Positions 1 through 9,658 of a DNA stretch of 64,000 nt are shown here, piece by piece. The notes below the pieces were generated by a model. The model saw only the letters and a list, made by a program, of their open reading frames with translations. It made no database searches and was not told where the DNA came from. Every line of letters starts with the position of its first letter. Position 1 is the first letter of the stretch. The DNA lies in IMG/VR virus record IMGVR_UViG_3300042945_001689, positions 44,125 through 108,124 of that record; one strand, written 5' to 3'. The translations under genes and the position numbers were made by a program. Source of the stretch: a virus.

Positions 1-40
1 CATGGTCTATTATTAGTAAAAATTATTTTTTTAATGTCCA

Positions 41-757
41 TTATTTTTTTCTTTTATCATTTGTTTTTAATCTAATTGTTTTTAATTCATGCTTTCCTAC
101 AGGAATATCTGATTCGTCTGTAGCATTTCTGTAAAAGTGTGTCCACTCACCAACTCTATTTTTTAATTGAGACACCTCTCCATATTTTTTATTTTTAATT
201 TCATCTTCTTTAGAAAAAACATAATCATTAATATCTAATTCATATTGGTTTATGTTTTGTAAAGATATTGGAACAATAGCAGCAATAGGAGTTTTTGCTG
301 GAATTGTTATAACAACATTTGGTTTTGTAACTTTGGCTGCTAGTGGCAATGGATATCTAAAAAAAGAAGTAGAAATAAGTGTTGTGTATAAATGAATTCC
401 ATCAATAAATAGATTTGGAACTGGCATTGTTAACAAAGTTGTATTTTCATCAGTAATAAATTTAGTAAATGTATCAAAACTTAGCGTTGCACTTCTTCTA
501 TTTTCATTGACATATTTGTTACCAGATAGGATAGTTATATGACCATCCTCTTTATCTGTATCAATTCCGTCCCAAATAAAACTAATATCTTCATCAAAAC
601 TAATTCCCCAACCTAATGTATTTGAAATTGATAACGGAAAACAATGATATGCGTGTGCATTTGACACATTGTCCATCCAATCTCTTTTAGCAGAAATTTG
701 AGAGATGTTTACACCAGAATTTGGCATCATGTATGCATTAAAAACTTTATTAGTCAT
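41..757 (-). CDS. DUF6065-like protein (paralog of 11982..12701)
   Basis: KRDWMD..HAYHCFPLSISNTLGW motif shared with 11982..12701; start moved to ATG 757, which overlaps the upstream stop. Confidence 0.6.
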   Translation of the reverse strand: MTNKVFNAYMMPNSGVNISQISAKRDWMDNVSNAHAYHCFPLSISNTLGWGISFDEDISFIWDGIDTDKEDGHITILSGNKYVNENRRSATLSFDTFTKFITDENTTLLTMPVPNLFIDGIHLYTTLISTSFFRYPLPLAAKVTKPNVVITIPAKTPIAAIVPISLQNINQYELDINDYVFSKEDEIKNKKYGEVSQLKNRVGEWTHFYRNATDESDIPVGKHELKTIRLKTNDKRKK

Positions 758-1430
758 TTGTTTCTTCATGAAGGTCTGGCCTATGATATTTTGCGCTATA
801 ATCAAGCATTGTTACTAACGAATATTTTGTTCCAGATACCACTGGCATTGCTGTATGAGGATACATATAGTTTGATGGAAAAATATATAAATCACCTGCC
901 TGTGGTTTAACTTTTATTCCTTGTAGTCTAAAATCCAACTCTCCACCTTCGTAATCATCATTTAAATATCCTACTAAAGAAACTACACAGTTATATGTAG
1001 GACCTTGATCATGATGCTCTTGAAAATGTTGTCCTGGACCATATTTTATAAAATTAAATGATTCCCAGTATCTTAGTTCTCCAACACGAAAAAAATGAGA
1101 GTAGTCTTTAACTGCTGGAAGTTGTAAGTCATAACAGTCCTGCCAGACTTCTTGCAGCAAAACTGATTGAACGCTTTTATCATTCAGTAAATTTTCTTTT
1201 CTATATTTAAAATCAACACAGTCTCTATATTCTGGAATTTTTTGGGCATATCCAACTAAAGCCTCTCTCCAAAAATAATTTGGATTTTTGCCTGTTAGAC
1301 TATTTTCTAGTCTACTAATTATTTTCATGTCTTTTTTAAATACATTTCTATAAACTGCTATTCCATCTGCAAGTAATTCTTTACTATCCCAAGTTGGATT
1401 TTCAACAACATTTGGTTCAAAATTAATCAT
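750..1430 (-). CDS. 2OG-Fe(II) oxygenase, prolyl 4-hydroxylase-like
   Basis: HHD, YLNDDYEGGEL, distal H and GTKY motifs. Confidence 0.9.
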   Translation of the reverse strand: MINFEPNVVENPTWDSKELLADGIAVYRNVFKKDMKIISRLENSLTGKNPNYFWREALVGYAQKIPEYRDCVDFKYRKENLLNDKSVQSVLLQEVWQDCYDLQLPAVKDYSHFFRVGELRYWESFNFIKYGPGQHFQEHHDQGPTYNCVVSLVGYLNDDYEGGELDFRLQGIKVKPQAGDLYIFPSNYMYPHTAMPVVSGTKYSLVTMLDYSAKYHRPDLHEETND

Positions 1431-2161
1431 TGTTGCCTTTCTGTGTAAGTATACTTATGTCCCAATTCATTAATATCTGTCATAATAACAATACAATATT
1501 TTGTTCCATTAACCATGTCCATTGACGCATGCTCATAAATATAATTAGATGGAAAAATTGCTATATCACCAAACTTTGGTTTATAAACTAAGTTGTCTAG
1601 CCTTGGAAAAAATAATTCTCCGCCTTCATAATCATCATTTAAATAAATTACAACAGAAACTGTTGTATTATATGCTGGACCGTGATCTGCATGAATTCTA
1701 AATTGCTGTCCTACACCTTCATACTTTACAAAATTAAATGCTTCATAATAGACCACATTAATTCCCCAATAACGAGCATAGTCATCAACACATAATTTTA
1801 AAGTATTGTAAATTTCTTCATACATATCAATTAATTCAGCATTTTGCTCATCTCTTGCTCCCAGAGAATAAGGATTATACTTAAAATCAGAGCAGTTTCT
1901 AGCATACTTTATTGGTTGATCTGAGTTTGTAACTTTTGCTTCATTCCACTTATACCTTGTTTGTCCATTTAAATTATTTTCTAATATACTTAAATATTTT
2001 TCACAATTTTCTTTTGAAATTGCATTATTATAGATATTTAAACCTAATCCTGGATTGCTTACTTTAATATTATTAAAAGTTTTGTCTGGCATTCTAAAAG
2101 ATGCAGATTCTGACCTATCTTTTGTAAACCAAGGATTTTGTGATTCATTTACTTCAATCAT
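1427..2161 (-). CDS. 2OG-Fe(II) oxygenase, prolyl 4-hydroxylase-like
   Basis: HAD, YLNDDYEGGELFF, HAS..GTKY. Confidence 0.9.
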   Translation of the reverse strand: MIEVNESQNPWFTKDRSESASFRMPDKTFNNIKVSNPGLGLNIYNNAISKENCEKYLSILENNLNGQTRYKWNEAKVTNSDQPIKYARNCSDFKYNPYSLGARDEQNAELIDMYEEIYNTLKLCVDDYARYWGINVVYYEAFNFVKYEGVGQQFRIHADHGPAYNTTVSVVIYLNDDYEGGELFFPRLDNLVYKPKFGDIAIFPSNYIYEHASMDMVNGTKYCIVIMTDINELGHKYTYTERQQ

Positions 2162-2219
2162 TAGCGAGTCTCCTTTATTTAATTATAGCATAAGAATTAT
2201 TTAAAGGAGACTGCGCTTT

Positions 2220-3524
2220 TTATTCAATACTTTGATCTCTTGTGTCATATACTAACATATTTTCTGTAAAGAAGTTGTCGTATGGTTCACAGTTAATCGA
2301 ATATACTGTTTCTTCATAATTTAGAACGTCTAATGAATCAATATTGACAAACCCTAACTCTTCATATGAATATACCATATATGTGTCATCAATTGAATCA
2401 ATTCTTAAGAATTTTGAAACATTATCTTTTTTAGTTAAAATATAATGCGTTTCAGAATATGCATCGCCGTTAAGAAGATATACTTTATCTACTTGCTTTG
2501 ATGATACTGCATAAACTGTAGTTTCTCTTAAATTGGTTTCATTTAGGATTAAGTCTTCTGCTGTCCAATTTAACCAATCAGCGTTATGTGCTGAGGCTTG
2601 TTCTGGAAGTTCCATAGCAATTAAAACATCTCCTACAACTATGTCTTTGGCTTCTTTTCTGCCATTGGTAGTCATGATGCCTGTATTGCTGGCAATGGAA
2701 TACTCTGAGAATCCAAACCCTGGGAAAAATGGTCCGAATGGTGGTGGGAATGGTGGTGGGAATGGTGGTGGGAATGGTGGTGGGAATGGTGGTGGGAATG
2801 GTGGTGGTGCGAAACTTGGGAAGAACGGAAAGAACGGGAAGAATGGGAAAAATGGGAAGAATGGGAAGAATGGTGAAAGTGTAGTAACGCTAGAAGTTGT
2901 TGCTCCTAATGATGCTCCATTAGCATTTGTTGCAGTAACAGTGTAAGTCTGTGAAGTTCCTGCTGTATCAGCAATAGTTGATGATGTTGCTGATGATGCT
3001 AAATCTCCAGAAGAAGTTCCGTCAGAACCAGTAACGTTATGCTTAGATAAAGCCTTTCCACCAGTGGCACCAATTGTCCAACTGATTGTGTTTTGGTTAA
3101 CACCAGCACTGGCGACCGCACCTTGAGGCGCTTGTGGAACTGTTGTTGCAGTTACTGAAGAAGAAGTTGTTCCGCTTGCAGTTCCTGCAGCGTTTGTTCC
3201 TTTTACTGTAAATGTGTATGAAGTATTTGATGCTAATCCCTGAAAAGTATAAGAAGGAGTGGAAGAGCCAGTATTTACTTCGTAAGTTGAGGGGGTTGTT
3301 GTAATGATATAAGCAGTTGCTGCTGGAGATCCCGCTGGCAATGTCCAAGTAAGGCTTACTGCTCCACCTGTGCCTGCTGCAGATGCTGCTGAAGTAGTAT
3401 TAGCAGTAGCAAGATAAGGACGAGATGTTCCTACATCTGTACCACTTAAGGAAGTAACATTATCTGGTTGCAAAAAGTTGTCTTGTGCTGAAGACTTGAT
3501 ACCTCTTTTTTTACTAACTGCCAT
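2220..3524 (-). CDS. FN3-domain virion/fibre protein with (PFF)6-(PPPF)6 tract and C-terminal Hint (intein-like) domain
   Basis: FN3-like LTW..P / YTFTVKGTNAAG; Hint block A SIASNTGIMTTNG..KDIVVGD, block B SETH, block F/G VYSINCEPYDNFFTENMLVYD. Confidence 0.75.
   Translation of the reverse strand: MAVSKKRGIKSSAQDNFLQPDNVTSLSGTDVGTSRPYLATANTTSAASAAGTGGAVSLTWTLPAGSPAATAYIITTTPSTYEVNTGSSTPSYTFQGLASNTSYTFTVKGTNAAGTASGTTSSSVTATTVPQAPQGAVASAGVNQNTISWTIGATGGKALSKHNVTGSDGTSSGDLASSATSSTIADTAGTSQTYTVTATNANGASLGATTSSVTTLSPFFPFFPFFPFFPFFPFFPSFAPPPFPPPFPPPFPPPFPPPFPPPFGPFFPGFGFSEYSIASNTGIMTTNGRKEAKDIVVGDVLIAMELPEQASAHNADWLNWTAEDLILNETNLRETTVYAVSSKQVDKVYLLNGDAYSETHYILTKKDNVSKFLRIDSIDDTYMVYSYEELGFVNIDSLDVLNYEETVYSINCEPYDNFFTENMLVYDTRDQSIE
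2736..2873 (-). repeat. Coding tandem repeats: 6 x 12 bp (PPPF) and 6 x 9 bp (PFF)
   Basis: gaatggtggtgg x6 and gaagaa(c/t)gg-type x6 read directly on + strand. Confidence 0.95.
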
Positions 3525-3555
3525 TTTTACTCCTCTTTTCTATTATATCAAACTA

Positions 3556-5499
3556 TTATGCTTTTAAATCTCCCATTACAACCCAAAGATTTGCTGCTCT
3601 CTTAAATAATGTTGCTGATGACCATTGTGCACGAAGTTTTAATCCAGGAGTTGCATTTACTGTTGTTGTTCCTGGTGTTACTGCTTCAATTGTCACTTCG
3701 CCAGTATTTGTTCGAAGAATATCAATTGATGTTCCGACTGGATAATTAAGTGTAGCATCTGTTGGGATTAAAACCTTAACTGCAGTTCCACCTGTATGTG
3801 AAACTTCAATTAATGAGTCTCTTTCATTTGCTGCTGAAAGGGTGTATTCTGCTGTCTTCTGAATAATTGATGTCCGTGATGGAACACCTTCTTTTGTTTG
3901 TGTACCGTCGGTAAAAATAAATCCACCAGCAGTTGTACTAATAACTGAAGTTCCGTTTACTTTAAGATCTTTTCCTGAAGCAAGGTTGATATGCTCGGAA
4001 GATGTCCAAGAATCTGTAGAATCTACCCAGTTAAAGGTTTTGTCTGTTGCGCCTTTAAGTGTAATACCTCCGCCATCTGCAGTTGTATCAGTAGGAGTTC
4101 CTGTATCTCCAAGAACAATGTTTTTGTCTTCAATAACAAGGTTAGTTGAGTTAAGGTTTGTTGTAGTTCCATTAATCGTTAAGTTTCCAGAAAGAGTTAA
4201 GTCTGTTCCAGAAACGGCTCCTGTAAATGTTGCTCCAGTAAGAGAAGCCTTAGCGTCTAACTGTGTTTGAATGGCTGAAGTTACCCCATCAACGTAGTTA
4301 AGTTCTGTAGTTGATGTGGTTACACCATCAAGAATGTTAAGTTCTGCTGCTGTAGAAGTAATAGAACTTCCAGCAATCTGTAAAGTTGTGGCGTTTACTT
4401 CGCCTGCAGAGCCATAAATAACTGCTTTGCTATTTGCAATAGTTCCTGCTGATGATCCATCTACTAAGTTAAGTTCTGCTGCTGTAGAAGTAATAGAAGT
4501 GCCAGCAATTTGTAAAGTTGTAGCATTTACTTGGCCTGCTGGACCATAAATTACTGCCTTGCTATCTACAATTGTTCCAGCAATAGATCCATCTATTAAA
4601 TTAACTTCTGATGCTGTTGCAGTGACATCTGTTGCACCTGCTGAAAGAACATGTGTATGACCTGTTCCTGCTTTTCCATCAATCTGTCCTTGAATTCCAG
4701 CAGAAACTCCTTCTAGGTACCCTATTTCTGTTGAAGATAGATCTCCAATTGATGTGGTACTTGGAAGAGTTACTGTTCCAGTAAATGTAGGACCTGCTAG
4801 TGCTGCTTTAGCATCTAACTGAGTTTGAATTGCTGAGGTTACACCATTAAGATAACTAATTTCAGTATTTGATACATCTGCAACAACTGCTTGCTTATTG
4901 TCTAATTGTGTTTGAATTGCTGAAGTAACACCAGCAAGATATCCTAATTCTGTTGATGTTGCACCAGTTGCACTAAGGTTTCCTGTTGTAACAACAGTTC
5001 CGCTTACGTTTGGAAATGTAATAGTTCTATCGGCTGTAGGATCTGTTACTGTTAAAGTGGTTTCATAATCGTTTGCTGTAGTACCTTCAAAAACAATTCC
5101 TGTTGTAGCATTAATTGTTGTGCTGTTAATAGTAGTGGTTGTACCACTTACTGTTAAATCTCCTGAAACGGTAACGTTTCCACTACCATCGGACAAAACA
5201 ACTGTGCCTGTTGCATCTGGAAATGTAATTGTACGGTCTGCTGTAGGATCTGTTACGGCAAGAGTTGTTTCAAATGCGTTGTCTGTAGCACCTTCAAATG
5301 TAATGCTTGAACCAAATGATGGGTTTACTGTAGAGGATTGGTCAATAAAGTAGTCAATATTTGCCCAGTGGTTAGTGCCATCACCGATCTTAAACTTATT
5401 AGTGTCTGATTCCCATCCGATTTCACCAGCATTTAGTATTGGGTTTGCTGATGTCCATTGTGCTGCAGTACCTCTGCGTTGCTGCATTCTTGTTGCCAT
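3556..5499 (-). CDS. Tail fibre protein with Mtd-N-like N-terminal domain
   Basis: MQQRRGTAAQW..NPIL..GEIGWESDTNKFKIGDG; internal GVTSAIQTQLD repeats; C-terminal domain shared with 14890..15690. Confidence 0.8.
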   Translation of the reverse strand: MATRMQQRRGTAAQWTSANPILNAGEIGWESDTNKFKIGDGTNHWANIDYFIDQSSTVNPSFGSSITFEGATDNAFETTLAVTDPTADRTITFPDATGTVVLSDGSGNVTVSGDLTVSGTTTTINSTTINATTGIVFEGTTANDYETTLTVTDPTADRTITFPNVSGTVVTTGNLSATGATSTELGYLAGVTSAIQTQLDNKQAVVADVSNTEISYLNGVTSAIQTQLDAKAALAGPTFTGTVTLPSTTSIGDLSSTEIGYLEGVSAGIQGQIDGKAGTGHTHVLSAGATDVTATASEVNLIDGSIAGTIVDSKAVIYGPAGQVNATTLQIAGTSITSTAAELNLVDGSSAGTIANSKAVIYGSAGEVNATTLQIAGSSITSTAAELNILDGVTTSTTELNYVDGVTSAIQTQLDAKASLTGATFTGAVSGTDLTLSGNLTINGTTTNLNSTNLVIEDKNIVLGDTGTPTDTTADGGGITLKGATDKTFNWVDSTDSWTSSEHINLASGKDLKVNGTSVISTTAGGFIFTDGTQTKEGVPSRTSIIQKTAEYTLSAANERDSLIEVSHTGGTAVKVLIPTDATLNYPVGTSIDILRTNTGEVTIEAVTPGTTTVNATPGLKLRAQWSSATLFKRAANLWVVMGDLKA

Positions 5500-5547
5500 A
5501 TTATTTTCCTCCTACAGAAAATTTCTTATTTTTATTATAACAGATAA

Positions 5548-6006
5548 TTAATTAAAGTTATCTGTTGCAACTCCTCCATCATAGGTATTTTCCCATGATG
5601 AAGTGCTATAGTCTCCTGCGCTTACTAGAACACCTGGTTCATTATAAGCACCTCCAGAAACAAATGTACTTACAATAAGACCAGATCCATCAATTGCGGT
5701 ATTGTGAATGTGGTCTTGTAATACTTCTGCATCTTCAAGAGTTGCAATTGCTACCCATTGAGATCCATAATAAACATGAACTCTTTCTGTTAATGTGTCA
5801 AACCAAAGATTTCCATTTGATGGAGAATTTGGTGCTGTTCCGCTAACAGTTACTCCTGCACTACCCGCAACACTATCAACATATGCTTTTGTTGCTGCAT
5901 GTGTATTTTGAGTTGGAGTGGCAACTGTAACCGTTGATCCGAAAGTACCGCCATCGGCTACGACTAAGCCATGTTTTACCTTAAAATCTCTGTTTACAGT
6001 TGCCAT
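5548..6006 (-). CDS. Minor tail/fibre-associated protein
   Basis: N-terminus like 6019..7845; HAATKAYVD and GNLWFDT fibre motifs. Confidence 0.6.
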   Translation of the reverse strand: MATVNRDFKVKHGLVVADGGTFGSTVTVATPTQNTHAATKAYVDSVAGSAGVTVSGTAPNSPSNGNLWFDTLTERVHVYYGSQWVAIATLEDAEVLQDHIHNTAIDGSGLIVSTFVSGGAYNEPGVLVSAGDYSTSSWENTYDGGVATDNFN

Positions 6007-6018
6007 TTAATCTCCTTT

Positions 6019-7845
6019 TTATGCCTCTATGTATGTCTTTGAAACCTTAACAGAAGTATCTGCTGCTGCTGCAGTAACTTGAAGAAGAACATTTCCACCG
6101 CTATAAACAGCATTTGTTGTTCCAAGTTCTGTATTGCTTATAACATTAGCATACTCTGTTACATAAACATTATTGTCACCATCTATAGCAACAAGCATTT
6201 CAATTACTTCAATGTTGCCAGACTTTTTCATCTGAATAACATACTTAGCAGCAGAATATGTTGTTGCTGAGAATGTATCAATTGTTGTTGCTGAAGTGCC
6301 AGCAGTTGCTGTTGCAGATCCAACAAGAGCATCTGGTAGAGCAAGGCTAGTACCTGTTGCTGCTCCAAGTTCTGGAGTTACAAGAGTTGGTGTATTAGCA
6401 AATACCAGTGCACCAGTTCCTGTTTCATCAGTTACTGCTGAAGCAAGGTTTGCTGAAGAAGGGGTTCCCAAAAATGTTGCAACACCTGCTGCCAAACCAG
6501 AAACATCATTTGCAATTCTTACTGTAAGTGTATTGTTTGCACCGCTGATTGTCTTGTTTGTAAGAGTTTCGGCTGCATCTTTAAGTGATGTTCCATTAAC
6601 CTTAAATTCTTTTCCTGAAGCAAGGTTTAAGTGTTCAGATGAGGTCCATGCATCAGTTGCATCTACCCATGAGAAAGTCTTGTCTGTAGCACCCTTAAGA
6701 GTAATACCACCACCATCAGCACCTGCATCTGTTGGAGATGTTACTGCACCAAGTGTAAGGTTCTTGTCATCAACTGTGATTTCTGTTGAGTTAATTGTAG
6801 TTGTTGTACCGTTAACTGTTAGGTCCCCTGAAAGAACCAAAGATGTACCAGTTGCTGCACCAATGTTTGGTGTTACGAGTGTTGGTGTATTAGCAAAAAC
6901 AAGTGCTCCAGTACCAGTCTCGTCTGAAATAATTCCAGCGAGTTCTGATGAAGATGTTGCTGCAAGTACGTTTAACTTATCTGTTGTTACAACAAGAGTC
7001 TTTGTGTTTGGAATAGTTGTACCATTGATAGAATCAGCAGTAGCAACACCAAGTGCTGGAGTTGTAAGTGTTGGGCTTGTAAGTGTCTTATTTGTAAGTG
7101 TCTGTGTGTTAGTTGTTCCAACTACCGCACCAGTTGCACCATGTGCTTCTGTAAGGTTGCCATGAGTTGTAAGATCTGAAGAAGTAGCCTTAGCATCCAA
7201 CTGAGTCTGGATTGCTGAAGTTACGCCATCTACGTAGTTAAGTTCTGTAGCGGTTGCAGTAAGTGATGTACCAGCAATTTGTAGAGTTGTAGCATTTACT
7301 TCTCCTGCTGCTCCATAAATAACTGCCTTACCATTTGCAATAGTCCCTGCAGATGATCCATCTACTAAGTTGAGTTCAGAAGCACTTGCAGTCAAATCCG
7401 AAACATTTGCTACTTGAACTGTAACTGTGTTGTTTGTATAAGAAATTGTTTTGTTGCTTAATGTTTGTGTTGCATCATTAAGTGTTACAGTGCCTGTAGC
7501 GTTTGGAAGTGTGATAGTACGATCTGCTGTTGGATCTGCTACTTCAAGAATTGTCTCATAGTCATCTGCTGTTGCACCTTCAAATGAAATTGAAGAACCA
7601 AATACACCAACGGCTGCTGGGGCTGACCACTCAACTCCGTATGTTGCACTTGAATTTGCTGTGAGGACCTGTCCGTTTGTACCAATGGCTAAACGTGCTA
7701 CTGCATCATCTGCACTACCAACAATTAAGTCACCCTTAGCATCTACGGTTCCTGCGGTAAGAACATTCTTACCATTAACGGTTGCTGTTGATCCTTCAAC
7801 AACTAATCCCGATTTTACTCTAAAATCTTTATTTACTGTTGCCAT
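6019..7845 (-). CDS. Tail fibre / virion structural protein
   Basis: Thr/Ala/Gly-rich, TLTNKT repeats, blocks shared with 3556..5499. Confidence 0.75.
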   Translation of the reverse strand: MATVNKDFRVKSGLVVEGSTATVNGKNVLTAGTVDAKGDLIVGSADDAVARLAIGTNGQVLTANSSATYGVEWSAPAAVGVFGSSISFEGATADDYETILEVADPTADRTITLPNATGTVTLNDATQTLSNKTISYTNNTVTVQVANVSDLTASASELNLVDGSSAGTIANGKAVIYGAAGEVNATTLQIAGTSLTATATELNYVDGVTSAIQTQLDAKATSSDLTTHGNLTEAHGATGAVVGTTNTQTLTNKTLTSPTLTTPALGVATADSINGTTIPNTKTLVVTTDKLNVLAATSSSELAGIISDETGTGALVFANTPTLVTPNIGAATGTSLVLSGDLTVNGTTTTINSTEITVDDKNLTLGAVTSPTDAGADGGGITLKGATDKTFSWVDATDAWTSSEHLNLASGKEFKVNGTSLKDAAETLTNKTISGANNTLTVRIANDVSGLAAGVATFLGTPSSANLASAVTDETGTGALVFANTPTLVTPELGAATGTSLALPDALVGSATATAGTSATTIDTFSATTYSAAKYVIQMKKSGNIEVIEMLVAIDGDNNVYVTEYANVISNTELGTTNAVYSGGNVLLQVTAAAADTSVKVSKTYIEA

Positions 7846-7858
7846 TTTTTATCTCCTT

Positions 7859-8305
7859 TTATGCCTTTAATCCTATACGTGCATAACGTACGGTTATAGG
7901 TGTTGTACCGACTACTGGAGTAACCGTTAAGGATACTGTATTTCCAGCGCGGGAGACGCTTATGGTGCCAATATTCCCATCGTTGTCTATAGTTCCATAT
8001 TCACTAACGCTAACATCTGTACCGTCAATTAATATGTTAATCTCTGTGGCGTAATATTTATTAGCGCCTCCAGAAGTATGTTTGATTGAGATTAGGTATT
8101 TAACCATTCTCCATTCTGTTGCGTTAAAATTATCAACTACCGTAGAACTTTCAATTCCGTTAATTGTTGATTCATTATTACCAGTAGTTCCTAAGTCTGT
8201 GGCTTGGGCTGATGTTGAGTCAATTAAATCTTCATAATCTTGCTGAGTAGGACGATCTCCTGTTTGAAACAAGGCCTTGACTGATGCTAATGATATTTTT
8301 GCCAT
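7859..8305 (-). CDS. Virion structural protein
   Basis: C-terminal half homologous to the C-terminal domain of 6019..7845 (KY.I..K...IDG....V.EY). Confidence 0.6.
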   Translation of the reverse strand: MAKISLASVKALFQTGDRPTQQDYEDLIDSTSAQATDLGTTGNNESTINGIESSTVVDNFNATEWRMVKYLISIKHTSGGANKYYATEINILIDGTDVSVSEYGTIDNDGNIGTISVSRAGNTVSLTVTPVVGTTPITVRYARIGLKA

Positions 8306-8345
8306 ACCTAGATTATAACATAATTATTTTAATAGTTTTATAATT

Positions 8346-8573
8346 TTATAAAATATAGTTGCTTACACCAATCATTTGTAAGGGAATTGGTGGCGCATTA
8401 TTAGCGTTAAAGGCTATAATATCTATATCAGTTATTCTTACTCTAAATGGTAAAAATTCATTTATTGTTATCCCTCTGTCAATCTTTTCTTCAATAGAAA
8501 CTTTAGGAAATGTGTGTTGATCAATTGATTTTAATATTGTTGTTTGTTTATCAAATATTGCAACAGAAGCCAT
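8346..8573 (-). CDS. Hypothetical protein (tail module)
   Basis: 75 aa, start overlaps stop of 8573..8974. Confidence 0.6.
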   Translation of the reverse strand: MASVAIFDKQTTILKSIDQHTFPKVSIEEKIDRGITINEFLPFRVRITDIDIIAFNANNAPPIPLQMIGVSNYIL

Positions 8574-8974
8574 TAACTTGTTACGTCTTCTAAAACAACC
8601 ATTTGACCTCTAGCAACTGTCCAAACTCGTGTTGCATCAGATAGTTGAACATCAAAAACATCTCCAGTTTTTAATTGTGCTGACTGTACAGATGTTAATT
8701 TAACTGTAAATTCTCCAGTTTCATCTCCCGCGTCTGGGGCAGGCGTTATTGTAAATACTGTACCAGCAGAATCTTGATCAAAATTATTTTCTATATCTGG
8801 TCTTCTAAATCTTGCAGCAATTGTCCAGTTGGCTATTACAAGTGGATTTTTAGCATCATCTGTAACATATATCCTAAATGCAACGGTATCTCCCTTTACA
8901 ATTGTCCATTTTACTAATGGCGGGGCATCACCAATATCATAAACAGATTGTCCAGCACCTCTATAATTAGCCAT
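8573..8974 (-). CDS. BppU-N-like baseplate/fibre adaptor protein
   Basis: W.IVKGDT motif; paralog of 16265..16654 and 17499..17885. Confidence 0.5.
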   Translation of the reverse strand: MANYRGAGQSVYDIGDAPPLVKWTIVKGDTVAFRIYVTDDAKNPLVIANWTIAARFRRPDIENNFDQDSAGTVFTITPAPDAGDETGEFTVKLTSVQSAQLKTGDVFDVQLSDATRVWTVARGQMVVLEDVTS

Positions 8975-9091
8975 ATAAGAATTATAACATAATTACAAGA
9001 ATATGTAAAAAGTTGACAAAAAACAAAACTTCATGTTATACTGGTAGGTAACACCATAAAAAATGGTGTTTTGTTTTCTAAGGAGGAAACT

Positions 9092-9658
9092 ATGATTAAA
9101 TTTATCGAAAGAAACAAAGAGGTCATTAGTATACTCGGCATACTGACTTTAGTAACGACATTGTCAAACGTTGCTAATGCTGAAACACGAATAAGTGACA
9201 AAAATAATTTGAGTATAGAACAGGCTCAGGAGCAGGAAAACGCCTCGAAAGAGGTTTTTTTGGTTTCTAAAGAAGAAAATAATAAAATTAACAAAAAATA
9301 CAAATATGGAACCCCCCTTGAAAAAGACGAACTAATTAAAATATTAAAGCAAGTAGGCTTTAAAGGATATTCACTAAAGGTTGCTTGGGCAACGGTAATG
9401 AAAGAATCTATGGGCACTCCTAACTCTTGGAATCCTAATAGACAGACTGGAGATAATTCTTATGGCCTATTTCAAATCAATATGCTTGGAGGACTGGGCG
9501 AAGAAAGAAGAAGCAAGTTTAATCTAAAGTCTAACGAAGATCTGTTTGATCCAGTTAGAAATGCAGAAATCGCTTATCATATGAGTAATGGTGGTGAAGA
9601 TTGGTCTGCCTGGAAAGGCATTACCTGGAAAACTAAAGAGTGGATGGAAAGATATTAA
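9092..9658 (+). CDS. Lysozyme-like / lytic transglycosylase with N-terminal signal/TM segment
   Basis: catalytic ES, DNSYGLFQINM, DWSAW motifs; AGGAGG SD before ATG 9092. Confidence 0.8.
   Translation: MIKFIERNKEVISILGILTLVTTLSNVANAETRISDKNNLSIEQAQEQENASKEVFLVSKEENNKINKKYKYGTPLEKDELIKILKQVGFKGYSLKVAWATVMKESMGTPNSWNPNRQTGDNSYGLFQINMLGGLGEERRSKFNLKSNEDLFDPVRNAEIAYHMSNGGEDWSAWKGITWKTKEWMERY

Noticed and set aside
2220-2700. Mobile intein with homing endonuclease
   Set aside because: No endonuclease insert, no real C-extein, no terminal HN
2533-2946. + strand ORF with (NGGG)n/(KNG)n repeats
   Set aside because: Antisense shadow of the PPPF/PFF tract in the real minus-strand gene
3986-7870. + strand ORFs 3986, 5120, 6296, 7661
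   Set aside because: Antisense to Thr/Ala-rich fibre genes; stop-poor by codon bias
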